The notes: generated by a model from the letters alone, not told the origin. Positions 1 through 8,321 are shown, counted from the stretch's first letter. The stretch: DNA of 30,130 nucleotides from Methanothrix sp. (GCA_037128175.1 JBAXWY010000034.1:1-30130), one strand, 5' to 3'. Numbers and translations are program-made.

Positions 1-1124
1 GTCACCGAGAAGAGAGCCGTGCCTGCGTTGCAGACTGTCAGCGATGCAGGACCGGTTAGGGTTAAGGTCTGGCCGAGGTAGTGGCTGGTGTCCGTATCAG
101 TAACATACGGGGATGATGTACTTTGCCTACCCTGTGCTGTAGCCGTATTTGAATACTGGCCTGCTTGCGCAGTTCCGGTGGCCTGGTAGATCCATGTCTC
201 AGTCTTATCCAGTTGACTATCACCATCTGTATCACCGCTAATTCGAGTTATCGTTTGGGCCGGGTTGTCGGTCACCGAAACATCACTCAGGTCAAAACTG
301 CCTGCATTGGTCACGGTATATGTCCATGTGACCGGGCAGCCCGCCAGAATAGTAGGACCGGTCCCTGTATCGGCACTTACTCCGTTTGTCGTCTTCTCTA
401 TGTGAATGGCGGGTTCCGTAAGAATTATCTTTCCTACAATATATGCAACATTGTCCCTCTTTTCCTGGGTTACGAAAGCAGAGAGCAAATTGCCTGAAGG
501 ACATGCATCCTTGATACCTGTTATCTGCAGGGTATATGTTTTACTGTCATAAGTAAAGGTCTGCACGGGAAAGCTGTTCCATGATACCTGGTCCGGACAT
601 GGGATCGAGGAGCACGGACTATATTTACAAGCCACACTACCACATGCTCCACTTGGATTATTTGTCTCGTCTATTACAAAATTGAAAGTGAATGTACGAG
701 CAGATATTGCCGGTGTTGTGAAAGTCAGCGTGATATCCAAAGTGGCTCCACTGGCTGCATCATATATGGGATAATTAAAATGGGTAAGCTCTCCCAGACA
801 GAATTCATCACCCGTAATGAAACTGGCGGATTGGCCATCAAACCGCAAACCACTCTTGATATGATTGGGATTTTGATCATTATAAGGATTGCCCCAGCGA
901 ACCTCGTTGGTGCCTACGCCTGTATTATATGTGCTGGATCCACCGTTAATTGCGGTCCAGGTCCCTGATGAGGATAGTTGCACATTCACCTCAGCTACGG
1001 TCACAGGGACTGCAGCCAGGTTGATGACTAGTGCCAGGAATACACCCAGCAATAGAGTTCTACATGATCTCTTCAAGCTACCTTTTATATTCGGCCATAA
1101 TAGTAAGTTAAGTTTACGTGACAT
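1..1124 (-). CDS. Large secreted/cell-surface protein (partial, runs off window start): signal peptide, THxN/choice-of-anchor-K-like domain, DUF11/DUF7507-like Ig domain
   Basis: Not in the ORF track. Translated by hand from ATG at 1124 (GGGAGG upstream), it is open to the window edge for 374 aa: MSRKLNLLLW...LLLGVFLALVINLAAVPVTVA; VRWGNP...SGLRFDG...FCLGELTHFNYPI...FVIDETNN; then IHIEKTTNG...WTYTVTNAGSFDLSDVSVTD...QYSNTATAQG. Confidence 0.85.
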   Translation of the reverse strand, partial: MSRKLNLLLWPNIKGSLKRSCRTLLLGVFLALVINLAAVPVTVAEVNVQLSSSGTWTAINGGSSTYNTGVGTNEVRWGNPYNDQNPNHIKSGLRFDGQSASFITGDEFCLGELTHFNYPIYDAASGATLDITLTFTTPAISARTFTFNFVIDETNNPSGACGSVACKYSPCSSIPCPDQVSWNSFPVQTFTYDSKTYTLQITGIKDACPSGNLLSAFVTQEKRDNVAYIVGKIILTEPAIHIEKTTNGVSADTGTGPTILAGCPVTWTYTVTNAGSFDLSDVSVTDNPAQTITRISGDTDGDSQLDKTETWIYQATGTAQAGQYSNTATAQGRQSTSSPYVTDTDTSHYLGQTLTLTGPASLTVCNAGTALFSV

Positions 1125-1411
1125 CTCGTCCCTCCCAATATATATTTAATTCTTGCGATCCTCGTCAAATTGCTCGTGTTTCGCTGCGCACTGAATTTTT
1201 GAGTTTCATTATCGTGTGATAAGATGTGTAGTATTTATATAATACATAAAAACACGGAGTTAGGTTGACAAAGAAGTGATTCCCACCACCATAAAACCCG
1301 ATGAATGGTCCATCGTCTTGCCCGTTCCCAACATGGTCCCTTAAACTAATTTGAATTAAATAATTAAGGCGCAGCATCTTATTGACGCTACGCCTTATCT
1401 TTTCACACTAT

Positions 1412-2110
1412 CTAGGCATTCGCAACGTTGCTCGTTATTGCGGCGTCGGGCTTAAAGACCAGGGTTACCATACCGATATTCTGAATAGTGCCAGGACATG
1501 TTTTCAAGATTATTGGCAGCGTATGCCCCGATGGCATCTGTGTTATGGTTAACGCCACTATTGACTTCTGGATAGGCGCGGCATCGGTTGGCATGATGAA
1601 GGGTGGTTCTACCCATGCAGTCGGTGTGTATTGGTATGCATTGGTTCCAACAGGATTAGCATTAACGGTCCATGCATAATTGTATGAAGTGTGCCTTATT
1701 CCTGTCCACTCCCATGTAGGCAAAGGAGTCGAGGTTATACAGTAAGTACCAAAGACAGGACAGCCGTTATCAACAACACGTATTGTATAGCAATCCGTGT
1801 CAGTACACGATCCAGCAGATTTACTACCTACAAAAAGGGTCACAGTATAATCTCCTGTTTGGGTGGGAGCATCAAACGTCAGAGTTGGAGTATTTATTAC
1901 GCCACCAACTCTTGGAACAGCCGCCCCATTCTCCATAAAGGTCCAGCCCGTCCAATCGTAATTGTAGTTAGCGACTTGGTTTGGAGTGGCCGAAAGCACG
2001 ACATGCTCACCCGGAAGAACCTCTAACACAGTGCAATCCCCAAATGCGGGCGCGATACTAAAAACTGCTATCAATATAGCAATAGCTATTGGCAATCTTG
2101 CTTTTGTCAT
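1412..2110 (-). CDS. Secreted Cys-containing protein with PKD/Ig-like domains
   Basis: Signal peptide MTKARLPIAIAILIAVFSIAPAFG. Beta-rich YNYDW...TLTFDAPTQTGDYTVTLFV motif. GGAGG lies 5 nt before ATG 2110 (the track start is 2122). Confidence 0.75.
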   Translation of the reverse strand: MTKARLPIAIAILIAVFSIAPAFGDCTVLEVLPGEHVVLSATPNQVANYNYDWTGWTFMENGAAVPRVGGVINTPTLTFDAPTQTGDYTVTLFVGSKSAGSCTDTDCYTIRVVDNGCPVFGTYCITSTPLPTWEWTGIRHTSYNYAWTVNANPVGTNAYQYTPTAWVEPPFIMPTDAAPIQKSIVALTITQMPSGHTLPIILKTCPGTIQNIGMVTLVFKPDAAITSNVANA

Positions 2111-2450
2111 ATATCCTCCCATCCATAGGCAATTAAATTCTCATTATTTTGCTATTTAATTCCTCTGGATTTCACCTACTTAGATTATAGCGTATTTTTT
2201 TCTTAGCAGATAAAGGTAACGAATTGATAATCAGCAACATTTTATTTAAAAAGTTTTTGTTATTTTGATTTTTTAAGATAGTTATTTGCGATAGTACTTA
2301 AAATACATACTATTAATAGTGTTATTGATATATATTCTATTTAAAATTATATAATATTTATTACATAATAATACTTAGGCGGATTTAATTGTATATTGCA
2401 GTTGAAAGAAGACGTAATCATAATTATCGTAAATATCCAAATAGGTAATT

Positions 2451-2477
2451 ATATGACGTTTATACCAAACGTCATAT
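2451..2477. promoter_or_regulatory. Perfect 11-bp inverted repeat (candidate operator) next to a TATA-like run
   Basis: ATATGACGTTT-atacc-AAACGTCATAT, immediately followed by TAATATATAT, in the AT-rich divergent intergenic region. Confidence 0.4.
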
Positions 2478-2934
2478 TAATATATATCTAATGCTATTTT
2501 CTTCAAAAACGTAGATCATATATCATAATAATTGACAATGGTTCCTACAAGAAAATAGCCCGCAAGCTGTGCATATCCTCCGAAAACAGCGACTTACTGC
2601 CAAACGGCTCCAGGTAGTTACCCGTCAGGAACGGCCTCACTATCGGGTACACCGGCGTCAAAGATGAAGTAGTCCGCGGGGAACGCACCAATTGCCTTCG
2701 CGTGGTGTGTATCTTCCAGGAGCGTCGCGAATGCCGGCGTGACTGAAATGGACGAATGACACCTTAACCGCTAGATGCGGGCACTTCGCCAGGCACCAGG
2801 TTTTCATACATAGAAGTGATCATGAACTGGAGCTTATTAGGCGGAGATTTTATTAAGCAGGATGAAATCAGCATTGCTTATATTTAGGATTTAACATCCG
2901 TTTGGAACTTAGCGGCTAAAATGGAGGATACAAA

Positions 2935-3945
2935 ATGAGATCTATTATTTATTGGAGCATGTTAGCATGTTTTTTGATGACCTCGATATTAGGAGCGTCA
3001 CAAACAGAAGGTAAACCGTCAATAATCAATCTAATGATCGTCACTGATGCGCCTGCATCTACAGTACAAGGCCACGAGAATGTTTCCGGATCGAGTTTGC
3101 TGAATTTATATAACGAAATTAACGGAAGAAATCTTATTGCTACCGTTTTCTCAACGCAGGAATTTATAAACACCCCATCGAGGTTGATCCTCACCCAAAT
3201 AGGTTTTTCCTCTGAATTTGAATTAGCCATGTCAGGGAATAACACTGATGAGAAGCTTGCCACCGAATCTTTTGCCGGGCAGAAAGCAATACTGGAGACC
3301 TCCAAGAGATACGTAGAAGCATGCAAGATCTGCGGTAAAAACGAGATCGCAGTCAATGGATTTATGCCCCAGTCATTCGCCCAAAACAAAGATACCTACA
3401 AGGCACTCGATGATCTTTTGATCAAGTACAATGCCGGTTTCCAGGCCGGTGTCCTCTACGCTCCCGGACACGAGAATGCCGTCTGGCCTTATCTGGTCGA
3501 GGGACACAAGTTCTATGCCGTACCGGTGAGCACATACACTCAATCAGGCAAAAAAGTGGTTCTCCAGGATAGCTACTTTAGTGATTCAGAGCTTGGTGCA
3601 TCCGAATGGTATGATGCACTGGCAGGCAAGTTTGATGAGATCCAGGGCAAGGATGAACCAATGGTAATCAGCTTGACCACAACGGTATCCGGATCCGGAG
3701 ACTATTTTGACGCTCTGAAGAGGTTCATCGATTACGCAACGTCCAAGAAGGCCAGCTTTGTCACTACGAATCAGCTCGTTGATATGACAAAGGCAGGAGT
3801 GCGCAATGTATCGGAATTGCCGGCTACCAATGAATCTGGGGAGTGCCTTACCTGCGACCAAAGCAACAGCAACGCCAATATCACAGTATCTACGGATAAT
3901 ACGACCCAAGCGGCTGCATCCAAGGCTGAGACAGCCACCTCGTAA
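2935..3945 (+). CDS. Secreted polysaccharide-deacetylase (NodB/CE4)-like fold protein, probably degenerate
   Basis: GGAGG RBS and signal peptide. The motif order ATVF...FELAMSG...GFMPQSF...ALDDLLIKYNAG...FYAVPVS...ALKRFIDYA...ASFVTTNQL follows the CE4 pattern. Thr/Ala/Ser-rich tail. Confidence 0.65.
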   Translation: MRSIIYWSMLACFLMTSILGASQTEGKPSIINLMIVTDAPASTVQGHENVSGSSLLNLYNEINGRNLIATVFSTQEFINTPSRLILTQIGFSSEFELAMSGNNTDEKLATESFAGQKAILETSKRYVEACKICGKNEIAVNGFMPQSFAQNKDTYKALDDLLIKYNAGFQAGVLYAPGHENAVWPYLVEGHKFYAVPVSTYTQSGKKVVLQDSYFSDSELGASEWYDALAGKFDEIQGKDEPMVISLTTTVSGSGDYFDALKRFIDYATSKKASFVTTNQLVDMTKAGVRNVSELPATNESGECLTCDQSNSNANITVSTDNTTQAAASKAETATS

Positions 3946-3952
3946 ACACATT

Positions 3953-3989
3953 AGAGCCCGGCAAATGCCTGGCTCTTGACAAGCTTTTT
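3953..3989 (+). terminator. Hairpin plus T-run after the 2935-3945 gene
   Basis: AGAGCCcGGC-aaat-GCCtGGCTCT followed by aagcttttt. Confidence 0.45.
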
Positions 3990-4096
3990 CGGATTATTCA
4001 TCTAAAGGGCCCACCGTGTATTCGCCTCTGTGGAACATGCCCGACGCATGGTGCCGCTCTTACCTCAGGCCCGACCTGCCTCATGCCTTCATACCC

Positions 4097-4171
4097 CTGC
4101 CAAAGCCCGCTGCTCTCGCTGCCCGATATCACCAAGGCTCGCTCGTGCCCGCATGCCTGCGCTCATGGGGC
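4097..4171 (+). repeat. 75-bp direct repeat, copy 1 (upstream of the TA pair)
   Basis: ctgccaaagcccgctgctctcgctgcccgatatc-accaa-ggctcgctcgtgcccgcatgcctgcgctcatggggc; 69/75 identical to 4880-4954. Confidence 0.95.
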
Positions 4172-4339
4172 AGGTCTGCCGATCCGAGGCTTTGGCGTGG
4201 TCGTGGTGGCCGGCCACAGCCGGGAGTGACGGGTGGGCCCAGGTGGTGGATGCGACACTGTCCGCGGAAAAGTAGTGGTGCGAATAATGATTAATGCTGA
4301 GCACAAAGATATTTATCGTTCATTGCCAATAGTGAAAAT

Positions 4340-4528
4340 ATGGATATTGAGGCTGAGGTAGTGGAGATGAAGCAAATGCTCATTGATATCTCCAGAAGGA
4401 TTGATGACGTGCTTGACGAGAGCATGACCGAGGAACTCATGAAACTATCTGAGGAATCGATCTTGGAGCTATATGAAGATGAACCGGATCTCTATAGCAT
4501 TGCAGACCTAAAGGTAAGATACAAATGA
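4340..4528 (+). CDS. Putative antitoxin (62 aa, acidic)
   Basis: Small acidic protein ending EDEPDLYSIADLKVRYK. Its stop overlaps the toxin start (ATGA). A TATA-like TTTATC lies about 25 nt upstream of the ATG. Confidence 0.75.
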   Translation: MDIEAEVVEMKQMLIDISRRIDDVLDESMTEELMKLSEESILELYEDEPDLYSIADLKVRYK

Positions 4529-4854
4529 AGGGAAAGGTCATCCTGATACCTGTCCCTTACACAGATTTGACTGCTGCAAAGCTGCGGCCAGCGCTGGTCA
4601 TATTTGAAGGAAGGCAGGATTTGATTGTGGCAGCTATTACATCGAAAATACTCAATGTATTCCCTGAATGGGATATTCGTATCAGTGCTGAAGATCCAGA
4701 ATTTTATAAAACTGGATTGAAGGTTTCATCCGTCCTAAAGCTGACCAAAATCTCAACCGTTCGCAAAGACCTGGCAGAAGGCGAGATAGGAAATATCGAT
4801 GGTGATCTGAGAGACGAAGTCAATCAAAAGTTGAAGAGAATTTTCGAGATATGA
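4525..4854 (+). CDS. Type II toxin, PemK/MazF family endoribonuclease
   Basis: KGKVILIPVPYTDLTAAKLRPALVI...LIVAAITS...TGLKVSSVLKLTKISTV...IGNI is the typical MazF/PemK pattern; 109 aa. Confidence 0.9.
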   Translation: MKGKVILIPVPYTDLTAAKLRPALVIFEGRQDLIVAAITSKILNVFPEWDIRISAEDPEFYKTGLKVSSVLKLTKISTVRKDLAEGEIGNIDGDLRDEVNQKLKRIFEI

Positions 4855-4879
4855 GGAAGTTAGCCTTATCCTGTCACTA

Positions 4880-4954
4880 CTGCCAAAGCCCGCTGCTCTC
4901 GCTGCCCGATATCCCTGCGGCTCGCTCGTGCCCGCATGCGTGCGCACATGGGGC
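4880..4954 (+). repeat. 75-bp direct repeat, copy 2 (downstream of the TA pair)
   Basis: ctgccaaagcccgctgctctcgctgcccgatatc-cctgc-ggctcgctcgtgcccgcatgcgtgcgcacatggggc. Confidence 0.95.
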
Positions 4955-5149
4955 CGGGCGTGGCACGACACCCGGCGGCACAGGTTTGCTCGCCACTGCC
5001 TTGCCGGGCCCGACCGGATAATATTGATCAATTTATAAAACTAGAGGTGCCCGCTGGCTAATTCATCTCCTTAGCTCGTTCGTAGTAGTAGGAGTAATAG
5101 TAGTGGGCCGGGTTTTGGTGGTAGGGGCACATTTCTGCAGCACCTCCTT

Positions 5150-6412
5150 TCATCCCACCATCACTCTCGCCCCCAGACCCGCCATCTGCCCGAAGAAACC
5201 CGGATAGGAGACATCCACCGCTTCCGCCGTATCGATCGTCGTCCCGCCGGCCACCAATCCCGCCACCGTGAGCGCCATGACGATCCTGTGGTCGTGCCAG
5301 CCGTGCACCTTTGCTCCGTGCAGCTTTCCGCCCGTGATCTCCAGCCCGTCCGGACGCTCCTGGATGTCGGCGCCCATTTTAGAAAGCTCCACGGCCATAG
5401 CGTGCAGCCGGTCCGTCTCCTTGTGGCGTACATGCTCTGCATTGAAGACTGTCGTATTTCCTTCGGCCAGCGCGCCCAGCACGGCGATGGTGGGCACCAG
5501 ATCGGGAGTACGGCTGGCGTCTACCTCGACACCCTGTAGATCGCCGCCCTTGATGTGGAGGTCCCCTTTTTCCTTATCCCAGGAGACCTTGGCACCCATG
5601 CGGCCCAGGATGTCGATGATTGCCGAGTCGCCCTGCCGTGAGGGGAGGACGCCCTTGACAGTGACCTCGCTGCCGCTGACCGCTGCTGCTGCCAGCGGGT
5701 AAGAGGCAGAGGAGAAGTCTCCGGGAATGGTGTAGCTCTTCAGGCCAAAGCTCTGCCCACCCGGCACAAAGAATTCCTGCCGCTCCGCCTGCACCCGCAC
5801 GCCTGCGTCGGCCAGCATGTCCAGGGTGATCTCGGCGTAGGGGCGGCTCTTTAGCTCGCCCTCGATTATTATCCTCGTGTCCTCTTCCGCCAGAGGGGCA
5901 GCGATGAGCAGCGCCGAGAGGAACTGGGAGCTGACGCCCCCGTTCAGGTGGGCCGTTCCGCCCCGCATCTTTCCCTTGATCACCAGTGGGGCCTTGCCGT
6001 TGTTGCGGATGGAGAAGGCCTGGGCACCAAGCTCCGAGAGCGTGCTGAGGAGCGGGCCGTTGGGCCGGGTGCGAATGGAGGCGTCGCCCGTGAGAACCGC
6101 ACCGTCGGTGAGAGCCGCCACCGCCGAGCAGAAGCGGAGCGTGGTGCCCGAGTTTAGGACGTTGATGATATCCTCTGGAGTCTGGGGCCGGTCGGAGACG
6201 CCGGTGATTAACACTTCGTCGTTAAGTGAGATCCTGGCTCCAAAGGCCTCGCTGGCGGCAACTGTCGCTCGGGTGTCTGTAGAGAGGAGGGGCCGCTTTA
6301 CGGTTCCGCCAGGTCCCAGGGAAGTTATGAGGATGGCGCGGTGTGTGTAGCTTTTAGAGGGCGGGGCATATACCTCACCAAAGAGAGAAGAGCGCTCGAC
6401 TGACGCAATCAT
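5150..6412 (-). CDS. aroA: 3-phosphoshikimate 1-carboxyvinyltransferase (EPSP synthase)
   Basis: PPSKSYTHRA, NSGTTLRF, SSQFLSALL, PGDFSSA, RHKETDR and DHRIVMA motifs; 420 aa. Confidence 0.98.
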   Translation of the reverse strand: MIASVERSSLFGEVYAPPSKSYTHRAILITSLGPGGTVKRPLLSTDTRATVAASEAFGARISLNDEVLITGVSDRPQTPEDIINVLNSGTTLRFCSAVAALTDGAVLTGDASIRTRPNGPLLSTLSELGAQAFSIRNNGKAPLVIKGKMRGGTAHLNGGVSSQFLSALLIAAPLAEEDTRIIIEGELKSRPYAEITLDMLADAGVRVQAERQEFFVPGGQSFGLKSYTIPGDFSSASYPLAAAAVSGSEVTVKGVLPSRQGDSAIIDILGRMGAKVSWDKEKGDLHIKGGDLQGVEVDASRTPDLVPTIAVLGALAEGNTTVFNAEHVRHKETDRLHAMAVELSKMGADIQERPDGLEITGGKLHGAKVHGWHDHRIVMALTVAGLVAGGTTIDTAEAVDVSYPGFFGQMAGLGARVMVG

Positions 6413-6483
6413 GAATCGAGGAAATGGTGGCGCAAGTATAAGAAATGTGTGCTATGTTATGTCTTCACATAAGCAATTGACGG

Positions 6484-6585
6484 AAAAATGTCGGCCCGGA
6501 ATTGGGGCCGCATCTTCCTTCAACTAGTGATAAGGGTGAGAAGCCCCCACTCCTCTACCTCTGCTGCCGGTGGTCTTACGGCATT
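6484..6585 (-). ncRNA. Candidate structured small RNA
   Basis: On the minus strand, TTTATA (about 6615-6610) is followed by three hairpins (TGCCG/CGGCA; AGTG-GGG/CCC-CACT; CGGCCC/GGGCCG) and then TTTTT. There is no convincing ORF. Confidence 0.35.
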
Positions 6586-6724
6586 CAACGTAGTACGACA
6601 CAAGTCGAATATAAATTTTGCGCTCCGATCCTGTCAGAGCGGGAATAAATATATGAGCATTTAAGATATAACGAGGTGGATAAGATAAAATGAACCCTGC
6701 TTCAGGCCTGCCAGTGGGACTACT

Positions 6725-8002
6725 ATGAATATCATTTGCGCCTATCCTGTAAACGTCGATGCTGTCTGCAATATACGGGGCGAGGAGATCTCGGCTCTTG
6801 TTCCATCCAATATGAAAATAGGGCTAAAAGAGTCGATAGGCAGCCGCGATGACCTCCTATCCTGCCTGTTATTCTGCATGCAGCAGGGATCGGGGGCAGA
6901 AATCCTAATCGAGAGCCAGGCGACGGCCATGCAGATAGAGCAGTCCTTCTCCTGGCAATTTCGCCTGGGCGGAAATGCCGGGATCATGGCCAATGTCCTG
7001 GCTGAACTGGGAGCCCGGCCGGTTCTCAATGCTCCCGCGCTAGGTGCAAAACTGGCCGGTATGCTGCATGCCGGAGTGCGCGTGCCCGTTTTCGTAGCAG
7101 AAGAGCCGGGCCAGGCGGCAGAATGGCCCCAAGCGGATCAAGAAATGGTGCATTTCGTCTTTCAATTCAAAAAGGGAGACCTGGTAGCCAGCGGCCAGAG
7201 CAGAATAATTGCGCCCAGCGATAATCGTTTTATTGCCACTTACGATCCGGTGAATACCAGGCTCCTCTCCAGCAAACATTTCGATTCCTATTGCCTGGAA
7301 AATATCCAGAAAATCGATGGCGCTCTGCTTTCCGGCTTTCACCTGGCACCTTTTAAAGAGTATCGTGAGATCTTCTTGCAGAAAATCGCCCAGATCAAAT
7401 CCTGGATGGATAAAAATCCGCATATATTCATTCACGCCGAGATGGGCAGCTTCCAGAGCCCTGAGATTATGCAGTCTCTTCTTTTGCTTCTGCCGGAAAT
7501 TCCCGTGGACAGCCTGGGCCTGAATGAGGACGAGCTGGCGGCTGCAGAAGGCTTATCGCCAGGATCATTGCCCGGCCGGTGGCAGGAGACCATGCAGGCG
7601 GCGAATCGTCTGCGTAAAAGCCTGGGGCTTTTCAGGGTGGCGGTTCATACCCGAGACTACATTCTGAGCGTCATGCTGGTGGGAAGGATTACAGCCGTTG
7701 AAGAGCTCTCTGCCCTCCAAAGCGGCGTTGGTGCCGCAGCGGCTCTGGCTGCCACGGGCTATGTAACCGGAGAGCCACCCGAAGTGGAAAATCTCGTGGG
7801 GCTTGAGGCCAAAGAGGAGTTTTGCCGCAATGGGGCCACGGCATTCGGGAGGGGTGCATTCCTTCAAACTGGAGAGACAATCATATCTTTGATGCCGTCT
7901 CTCCTGGCAAAAAAGCCAAAGATTACCGTCGGCCTGGGAGATACCGCCACCGCAGCCGTCTTTTTCCGTGAACTTACGGCCATTATAAAAAATCGGTTTT
8001 GA
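6725..8002 (+). CDS. ADP-dependent glucokinase/phosphofructokinase family (probably glucose-preferring)
   Basis: VNVDA, RLGGNAGIMANVL, NRFIATYD, LLSGFH, DSLGLNEDE (NExE), VHTRDY and TVGLGD (catalytic) motifs. Confidence 0.92.
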   Translation: MNIICAYPVNVDAVCNIRGEEISALVPSNMKIGLKESIGSRDDLLSCLLFCMQQGSGAEILIESQATAMQIEQSFSWQFRLGGNAGIMANVLAELGARPVLNAPALGAKLAGMLHAGVRVPVFVAEEPGQAAEWPQADQEMVHFVFQFKKGDLVASGQSRIIAPSDNRFIATYDPVNTRLLSSKHFDSYCLENIQKIDGALLSGFHLAPFKEYREIFLQKIAQIKSWMDKNPHIFIHAEMGSFQSPEIMQSLLLLLPEIPVDSLGLNEDELAAAEGLSPGSLPGRWQETMQAANRLRKSLGLFRVAVHTRDYILSVMLVGRITAVEELSALQSGVGAAAALAATGYVTGEPPEVENLVGLEAKEEFCRNGATAFGRGAFLQTGETIISLMPSLLAKKPKITVGLGDTATAAVFFRELTAIIKNRF

Positions 8003-8027
8003 TTGCGTCTCTAATTGCGTCTCTACT

Positions 8028-8309
8028 TTATCCGCCCGTCTCCAGGTTATCATCCTGCATCTTAACCGCATCCATCATATCTTGCGTCTGCTTGAACCGA
8101 TCCTGGATCTGCTCAATGGTCATGCCCTCCAGATCTTTTCTCTCCGGTGGCTTTTCGATCAGCTCCAGGGTATCCAGGCGGTAGTAAAGGCCGGTGCTGT
8201 CTAAATAGGCCCACGTTTCTCCGTCGTCTTCTACCTTCAGCACCTTGACCGTGCCTATGGTGCCCGTGCCCTTGTACCTGACCAGGCTGTCTTCTTTGAT
8301 CTGTGCCAT
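8028..8309 (-). CDS. Conserved methanogen protein, DUF2098-like
   Basis: VRYKGTGTIGTV...WAYLDSTGLYYRLDTLE...GG C-terminus. The start could be 8318 or 8309. Confidence 0.75.
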   Translation of the reverse strand: MAQIKEDSLVRYKGTGTIGTVKVLKVEDDGETWAYLDSTGLYYRLDTLELIEKPPERKDLEGMTIEQIQDRFKQTQDMMDAVKMQDDNLETGG

Positions 8310-8321
8310 AATAATCATCTC

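Noticed and set aside
165-1149. Short track ORFs at the left end
   Set aside because: They are antisense or off-frame shadows of the long minus-strand surface-protein ORF (1124 to <1).
1165-1377. 70-aa minus-strand ORF between the two surface genes
   Set aside because: No clear RBS or motif in AT-rich sequence; more likely promoter/UTR DNA, though it cannot be fully excluded.
4016-4304. Track ORFs 4016-4294, 4030-4275, 4089-4304 and also 4753-5031
   Set aside because: Arg/Pro/Ala-rich translations of the GC-rich repeat region with no RBS or recognisable motifs.
4097-4954. Direct repeats as a CRISPR array or integron attC sites
   Set aside because: There are only two copies, 75 bp long and 783 bp apart. 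They lack the RYYYAAC...GTTRRRY bounded palindrome, and there is no cas gene or integrase in the window. The GTTAGCC at 4859-4865 has no matching partner box.
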